DNA of 32,000 nt from an uncultured Fibrobacterota bacterium (GTDB lineage: Bacteria; Fibrobacterota; Fibrobacteria; Fibrobacterales; Fibrobacteraceae), in assembly GCA_903876665.1 (NCBI GenBank), contig CAIRAY010000100.1:22228-54227 (forward strand), given 5' to 3'. Made by a program: the position numbers and the translations under genes. Shown here in pieces: positions 27,457 to 32,000 of the stretch (positions within the stretch are counted from its first letter, which is position 1; each line of letters opens with the position of its first letter). Under the pieces are notes generated by a model that saw only the letters and a list, made by a program, of their open reading frames with translations, ran no database searches and was not told where the DNA came from.

Positions 27457-28443
27457 ATGAGCATAAAACTATTCCGCATCGCATCTGCAATTGCCACAAT
27501 GGGCATGCTATTTTCGTGTTCCGAAACAGGCAGCCCAATGGCTCAGGACCTTTCCGTTGTTCCCTCTTCTTCCAGTGTATCTGATGCGTCCAGCTCTTCA
27601 TTTGAATCGGGCACACCGAGCGCTCCGACTCCATCCGAAAGGACCTTGGCATACCAGGCTCCGCTGACGCCTGCCCAAATCTCTTCGGATCTCTCTGACA
27701 TTGCCGCCCTAGGCAGCATGGATGCGCTTAACCTGGGTTCTCCCTCGGGCTTGGATGGCATGATGGCCTCCACGGGCACTCCGAACATGAACACCCTCCG
27801 GAAGACTGTGGCGCAGGCAACCTGTGAATCCATGGACTCTGACACAACCTTCACAGATGAATTCGGTGCAACCATTTCCGAAACAACCCGATTCAAGGAT
27901 GACCAGGGCAATCCTTTTCAAATGTGCATGGAGTATGTTGCTGGCCAAGATTTTGAAACCATGATGGCCCAACTATACAACTCAATGGATGGGGTCCATT
28001 ACTCCATTTTCACCTCTTCTGTCAGCACCGAAGCGAAGATGGAAATGAATATGATTGGATCCATGGATGTCACCCCAGATGCCAACGGTTTGGTGAAGAC
28101 CGTTGCTACGCAAATGGAAGGTTCTACCAACGTGGAGATTCTCCAGCCCAAGGCGTTCAACATGTATGCCGACATCAAAATGTCCATGCTGATGGATATG
28201 AGCGCACTGGCTGCAGACACCACCGGTCAAGCCGATGCCTCCTCGACAATTACTGGCAGCATGAATATTCACTTTATGGATGGCCGTTACCAGTGCAACA
28301 TGACCATTTCCCAAGCGGAAACATCTTCCAGCTGCGACTTGACCCACAATGGCGAAATCGTAGGCACTCTCGGTGAAGGGGTTGATGGCGAAATGGAAAT
28401 CAAGGATGTTGACGGGAATATTGTCGAGCCTGCCGCTCTTTAA
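27457..28443 (+). CDS. Methionine-rich lipoprotein of unknown function
   Basis: Lipobox MGMLFS|C (Cys at 27517-27519) after a hydrophobic signal, then a Ser/Pro-rich linker. ATG 27457 is preceded by AAGAGGA at a 7-nt spacing, whereas the track starts at TTG 27451. Terminator downstream. Confidence 0.75.
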   Translation: MSIKLFRIASAIATMGMLFSCSETGSPMAQDLSVVPSSSSVSDASSSSFESGTPSAPTPSERTLAYQAPLTPAQISSDLSDIAALGSMDALNLGSPSGLDGMMASTGTPNMNTLRKTVAQATCESMDSDTTFTDEFGATISETTRFKDDQGNPFQMCMEYVAGQDFETMMAQLYNSMDGVHYSIFTSSVSTEAKMEMNMIGSMDVTPDANGLVKTVATQMEGSTNVEILQPKAFNMYADIKMSMLMDMSALAADTTGQADASSTITGSMNIHFMDGRYQCNMTISQAETSSSCDLTHNGEIVGTLGEGVDGEMEIKDVDGNIVEPAAL

Positions 28444-28462
28444 AAAACAAAATTGATATCAA

Positions 28463-28496
28463 GCCCGCGTCTTCTCTGACGCGGGTTTTCTATTTT
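28463..28496 (+). terminator. Intrinsic terminator after the lipoprotein gene
   Basis: GCCCGCGTC-ttctct-GACGCGGGT, a 9-bp stem, followed by TTTTCTATTTT. Confidence 0.7.
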
Positions 28497-28502
28497 CAGG
28501 CG

Positions 28503-28865
28503 ATGCCAACTCCTCATCACAACCGAGAACAGAAAACCATCAGGGCCATGGTTGGGATCTATTGCCGGCAAAAGCACGCATCAAGGGATGTTCTTTGTCC
28601 GGAATGTGCCCACCTGATGAGTTACGCATCCAAGCGGCTCGAGCATTGCCCGCATGGGGAGAATAAACCAACCTGCGCGAAATGTCCGGTACACTGTTAC
28701 AAACCCGACATGAGACAACAAGTGCGCAATGTGATGCGTTTCGCCGGCCCACGCATGCTTCTACGACATCCCTGGCTGACGCTGATGCATTTCTATGATG
28801 GGTGGAAATCGGAGAAAAGAATGAGGCGATGCTCAGTCAAGGACCAACCACCGAAAACGGAATAA
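28503..28865 (+). CDS. YgbA-family (nitrous oxide-stimulated promoter family) Cys-rich protein
   Basis: 120 aa. From memory, the conserved core CPECAHL...RLEHCPHGENKPTCAKCPVHCYKPDMR...MRFAGPRMLLRHPWLT matches the E. coli YgbA family. Seven Cys, including two CxxC. Confidence 0.75.
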   Translation: MPTPHHNREQKTIRAMVGIYCRQKHASRDVLCPECAHLMSYASKRLEHCPHGENKPTCAKCPVHCYKPDMRQQVRNVMRFAGPRMLLRHPWLTLMHFYDGWKSEKRMRRCSVKDQPPKTE

Positions 28866-29892
28866 CTTCCCCGATCCCCATCTCCACCAGCTTGCCCGAA
28901 ATATTGCCTTGGGCTTCGATCTGTCGGAGCCACTGGATGGGCTCGCCCGGTGGTTCGTCACTCAAATCAAAGGTTCCCCAATGACAAGGGAGAAGAACCT
29001 TGGCGCCCAGGTCCCGGAAGGCTTCCGAAGCCTCCAGAGGCGTCATGTGACTGGCCTTCATGATGTAATCAGGCCGGTAGGCTCCAATGGGCAGGATCGC
29101 AATATCCGGGGCGCCCATAATGCGGCGGATTTCTTTGAAATGAGGTCCATAGGAAGTGTCGCCGGAATAGTAAATGGTGACTCCGTCGATCCGAATCCAA
29201 TAGCCACCCCAGAGCACTTCGTCCTGGTCGGCCAGGCCACGCCGGTGCCAGTGTTGAGCCGGCAGAAATACGACTTCCACATGCTTGGATGTCCGGAATT
29301 TTTGCCACCATCCAGCCTCCTGCGCAACCATATTCGGATTAGCATTTCGGATGATGTTTCCCATTTTCAGGGGAACCAATGCAGTGGTCCTAGATCCATC
29401 GAGAGCCGAGGCCACCTTGGTGTCAAGATGATCCAGGTGGCCATGCGACACCAGCAAATAATCCACATGGGGAATTTTGGATAAAAGGATAGGGGATGGA
29501 GATAATCGTTTATTAAACGGGAACGATTGCACCGGATCAATCAACAGCGAAATGGAATCACTTTGGATCAGCAGGGAGGAGTGCCCTAGCCAAACCACTC
29601 CCCTCATTTTCGCGATGGAGTCCGGAGTCAGGGACAAGTACCTAGGGCGAAAGGTGTCACTGGTTTTTATGGATTGATCCCCAAAATGGGAAAAGCCCCA
29701 TTTCATGAGCTTCCAGAAGCCGGGCTGATCCCGTGGGGATTGGTTTTGGAAGCGATTGCCAATTTTGGGGTTCCCGGCGTAATCGGGGCGCACAAAGTCA
29801 AGCTGATCATTTTTATGATGGGTCACTGTCGTATCCGTAAAAGAAAAAGACACCGTGGCAAGCAGGATTACCCAGGGAACAATGCGTAGCAT
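28837..29892 (-). CDS. Membrane-anchored MBL-fold metallo-hydrolase (NAPE-PLD/COG2220-like)
   Basis: HxHxDH motif in LLVSHGHLDHLD, with downstream His/Asp ligands (YYSGDTSY, LPCHWGTF). I prefer ATG 29892 (MLRIVPWVILLATVSF..., an N-terminal anchor) over the track's TTG at 29952. The 3' end overlaps the convergent ygbA-like gene by 29 nt. Confidence 0.8.
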   Translation of the reverse strand: MLRIVPWVILLATVSFSFTDTTVTHHKNDQLDFVRPDYAGNPKIGNRFQNQSPRDQPGFWKLMKWGFSHFGDQSIKTSDTFRPRYLSLTPDSIAKMRGVVWLGHSSLLIQSDSISLLIDPVQSFPFNKRLSPSPILLSKIPHVDYLLVSHGHLDHLDTKVASALDGSRTTALVPLKMGNIIRNANPNMVAQEAGWWQKFRTSKHVEVVFLPAQHWHRRGLADQDEVLWGGYWIRIDGVTIYYSGDTSYGPHFKEIRRIMGAPDIAILPIGAYRPDYIMKASHMTPLEASEAFRDLGAKVLLPCHWGTFDLSDEPPGEPIQWLRQIEAQGNISGKLVEMGIGEVIPFSVVGP

Positions 29893-29951
29893 GGAGAAAA
29901 GATCCAATATGCAACCAAGCAGGTCAACAGGTCTTTCTAAATTGTCGACCA

Positions 29952-30959
29952 ATGACGGAAGAATTGCGATTAAAACCCCTACTGATCACCGGTCTCCCCG
30001 GTGTGCCGGGGTGGAATCTGTTTCATTGGTTCCAGAAACGTTGGCCCGGGCTTGTTGTAGGCATTCGTCCCCCAGATAACCAAAAGGCCAATGTTCCCGG
30101 TTCGGTGGGAATTGATGCGCGAGACGGGCATCTGTTGGTCGACCTGTTTGAAAAGCATCAGTTTGGCGCAGTGATCGACGCCTCCGGCAATTGCGCTCTC
30201 AAGGCCTGCGAATGCGATCCGGCCCTCTCCGATTTGTTGAATTGCCAGTTTGGCGTCCATGTGGCGAAGCTCGCCCAGGAATATGGCTCGCGCTTGGTTC
30301 GCCTTTCTTCGGACCTTGTGTATTCCGGAGATGACAGCCACACCGCTCCTTACCGCGAAGAAGAAGAGCCAGACCCCGTTACTGAATATGGGAAGTCCAT
30401 GATGAAGGCCGAGGTTTTGATCGGTGAAATCAAGCCCGATTGCCATATTTTGCGCATTCCACTCCCCATGGGCCTCACGCCCGGGGGACATGCAGGTGCG
30501 ATCGACTGGATCGAATGGCGCTTCCGCAATGGACGGCCCGCCACCCTCTATTTCGACGAAAAGCGGAGCCCTATCCACAAAGACGATCTCGCAAAAGTGG
30601 TAGAATGGATTCTCCTGGAGGGTCCTATTCCGCCCGGTATTTACCACTGTGGTGGCCCGCGGGATGTAAGCCTTTATCAGATCGCCCAGATCATCAATGC
30701 CGTTGGCGGTTACGATCCGGGCCTCCTGGGCGGGTGCATGCGCATCGAGGCGGGCCCATTGCCTCCACGGGCGGGGGATGTGACCATCAGCTCCCAAAAG
30801 CTACTGCAATACATTCCAGCAGGCCTTATCCGCCCTTGGCCCATGGATTCCCGGCTGGTTCCTGACGGGGTGCAATGGCATCGCCTGGTCGACCGTTCCA
30901 CCTGGGGTGGGGGACACCAGATTCATCCGCTTTTGATCGATGGAAAGTATATTGAGTAA
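29952..30959 (+). CDS. RmlD-like (dTDP-4-dehydrorhamnose reductase family) extended SDR, NAD(P)-binding
   Basis: TGxxGxxG motif in LLITGLPGVPGWNL (RmlD-like GxxGWxL). LSSDLVYSG and EYGKSMMKAE correspond to the RmlD STDYVF and YGKTKLAGE boxes. Substrate unknown. Confidence 0.7.
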   Translation: MTEELRLKPLLITGLPGVPGWNLFHWFQKRWPGLVVGIRPPDNQKANVPGSVGIDARDGHLLVDLFEKHQFGAVIDASGNCALKACECDPALSDLLNCQFGVHVAKLAQEYGSRLVRLSSDLVYSGDDSHTAPYREEEEPDPVTEYGKSMMKAEVLIGEIKPDCHILRIPLPMGLTPGGHAGAIDWIEWRFRNGRPATLYFDEKRSPIHKDDLAKVVEWILLEGPIPPGIYHCGGPRDVSLYQIAQIINAVGGYDPGLLGGCMRIEAGPLPPRAGDVTISSQKLLQYIPAGLIRPWPMDSRLVPDGVQWHRLVDRSTWGGGHQIHPLLIDGKYIE

Positions 30960-30962
30960 TCC

Positions 30963-31841
30963 ATGCCAAAACTATCTCGAATGCCAAAATTTCCAAAATT
31001 ACCCGTTTTTCCTCGGCCGCTCGTGATCGCCTATAAAATTGTCGATCGCATTTTCCGCATCATATTCCTTTTGTTAGCCACTTATGCCATTGTTTTCAGC
31101 ATTGGAGTCACCTGGGGCGCTTGGAAGGCCTACAACTACGGCATGGAAATCCTCAATGAGGTCCGGGTCCTAGAGACCAAAAATCCCAAAATGAGCAAGT
31201 ACATGGAGGCCCTGCAAGACAGTTCCCCCCGGCTTAAGATCCGCCATAAATTCGTGCCCCTCGACAGTATCAGCCCCTGGTTGCGCAAGGCTGTTATCGC
31301 CTCCGAAGACGCTGGCTTCTATTACCATCCTGGTTTCGATGTCAAAGCCATTGCAGATGCCATGGATGCCAACCGGACCCGTGGTAAAACTGTTTTTGGC
31401 GGGAGCACCATTACCCAGCAAATTTCGAAGAACTTGTTCCTCTCCAGCGAGCGTTCCTGGGAGCGCAAAGGAAAAGAGCTCGTTTATGCCCTTCTCATGG
31501 AAAAATACCTGGGCAAGGACCGCATCTTGGAATTGTACCTGAACTATGCTCAATGGGGCCAGGACATGTTTGGTTGCGAAGTGGCTTGTGAGCAGTATTT
31601 CAAAAAAACCTGCGCCAAAATTTCCATGGAAAACGCGATCAATCTTGCTGCTGTCCTTGCAAGCCCAGGCAAGCACCGTCCCGACATGATGAATTCCCAA
31701 TTCATGGCCAAGCGCCGGGCTGTTATTTACGGCAACATGTTCGGACCAGACAGCTCCCGTGACTCCACCAAGTCTGATTCCACCAAGGTTACGGATTCCT
31801 TAGCCGTCGAAAGCGAAACGGAAACAGAAGAAGCGGAGTAA
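30963..31841 (+). CDS. mtgA: Monofunctional peptidoglycan glycosyltransferase (GT51)
   Basis: N-terminal TM helix. GT51 motifs IASEDAGFYYHPGFD (EDxxFxxHxG), GGSTITQQ and RKGKE. No transpeptidase domain. Acidic, Ser-rich tail. Starts 4 nt after the SDR stop. Confidence 0.88.
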   Translation: MPKLSRMPKFPKLPVFPRPLVIAYKIVDRIFRIIFLLLATYAIVFSIGVTWGAWKAYNYGMEILNEVRVLETKNPKMSKYMEALQDSSPRLKIRHKFVPLDSISPWLRKAVIASEDAGFYYHPGFDVKAIADAMDANRTRGKTVFGGSTITQQISKNLFLSSERSWERKGKELVYALLMEKYLGKDRILELYLNYAQWGQDMFGCEVACEQYFKKTCAKISMENAINLAAVLASPGKHRPDMMNSQFMAKRRAVIYGNMFGPDSSRDSTKSDSTKVTDSLAVESETETEEAE

Positions 31842-32000
31842 CCGCGCGGAAATTTCAGAACCTTTATTCAGCTTCACGACTGTCCAAAACAATTGGCAAA
31901 AGGCCTTACAATTCATCCCCGGCACTCCACACAGTGGAAATGTGTCCGTAACGGGCAAGCCCGAACGGTCCCACCGAGGGATCACAGAATTCTGCTGAAT

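Noticed and set aside
31842-32000. A structured-looking tail after mtgA: the symmetric hairpin CCGTAACGGGCAAGCCCGAACGG near 31957-31979, and a 61-aa minus-strand ORF at 31800-31985.
   Set aside because: I could match no tRNA, tmRNA, SRP or RNase P signature. The hairpin has no U-tract. The ORF overlaps the mtgA 3' end and looks random. The window ends here, so the context is missing.
1-32000. A search for CRISPR repeats, tRNA/rRNA genes, transposases, integrases, long direct or inverted repeats, toxin-antitoxin pairs or defence-island genes.
   Set aside because: None was recognisable by eye. Intergenic regions are short (the longest is 259 bp) and are explained by promoters and terminators. 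All large ORFs are accounted for by the genes listed.

Overview
This window looks chromosomal and mostly housekeeping. I call 26 protein-coding genes and see no rRNA, tRNA, CRISPR array, transposase or integrase. Left to right: the 3' two-thirds of metH (+); a three-gene pseudopilin cassette (-); parE-parC-lspA (+); a translationally coupled pair of exported hypothetical proteins (-); htpG (-); a ten-gene nuo operon, nuoA-nuoBC-D-H-I-J-K-L-M-N (-), with no nuoE/F/G; a divergently transcribed 1195-aa pyruvate:ferredoxin oxidoreductase (+); a methionine-rich lipoprotein (+); a YgbA-family Cys-rich protein (+); a membrane-anchored MBL-fold hydrolase (-); an RmlD-like SDR (+); and mtgA (+). The gene content (ParE/ParC of the short FCB-group type, 11-subunit NDH-1, PFOR, TAnnTTTG-like upstream motifs) suggests an anaerobic Gram-negative of the Fibrobacteres/Bacteroidetes-type lineage. 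That is inference only. Four things deserve a second look. First, an orphan pseudopilin tip-complex-like cassette, one member of which carries two back-to-back EF-hand-type calcium loops while another has a beta-helix-like domain. Second, the NuoEFG-less complex I sits head-to-head with PFOR, suggesting a ferredoxin-to-quinone module, and includes a NuoB-NuoC fusion with an ~80-aa charged linker. Third, an exported coiled-coil plus beta-barrel gene pair of unknown function. Fourth, a lipoprotein of about 8% Met with MxM motifs. None of these can be confirmed without database or structure searches. I found no clear defence, toxin or mobile system.
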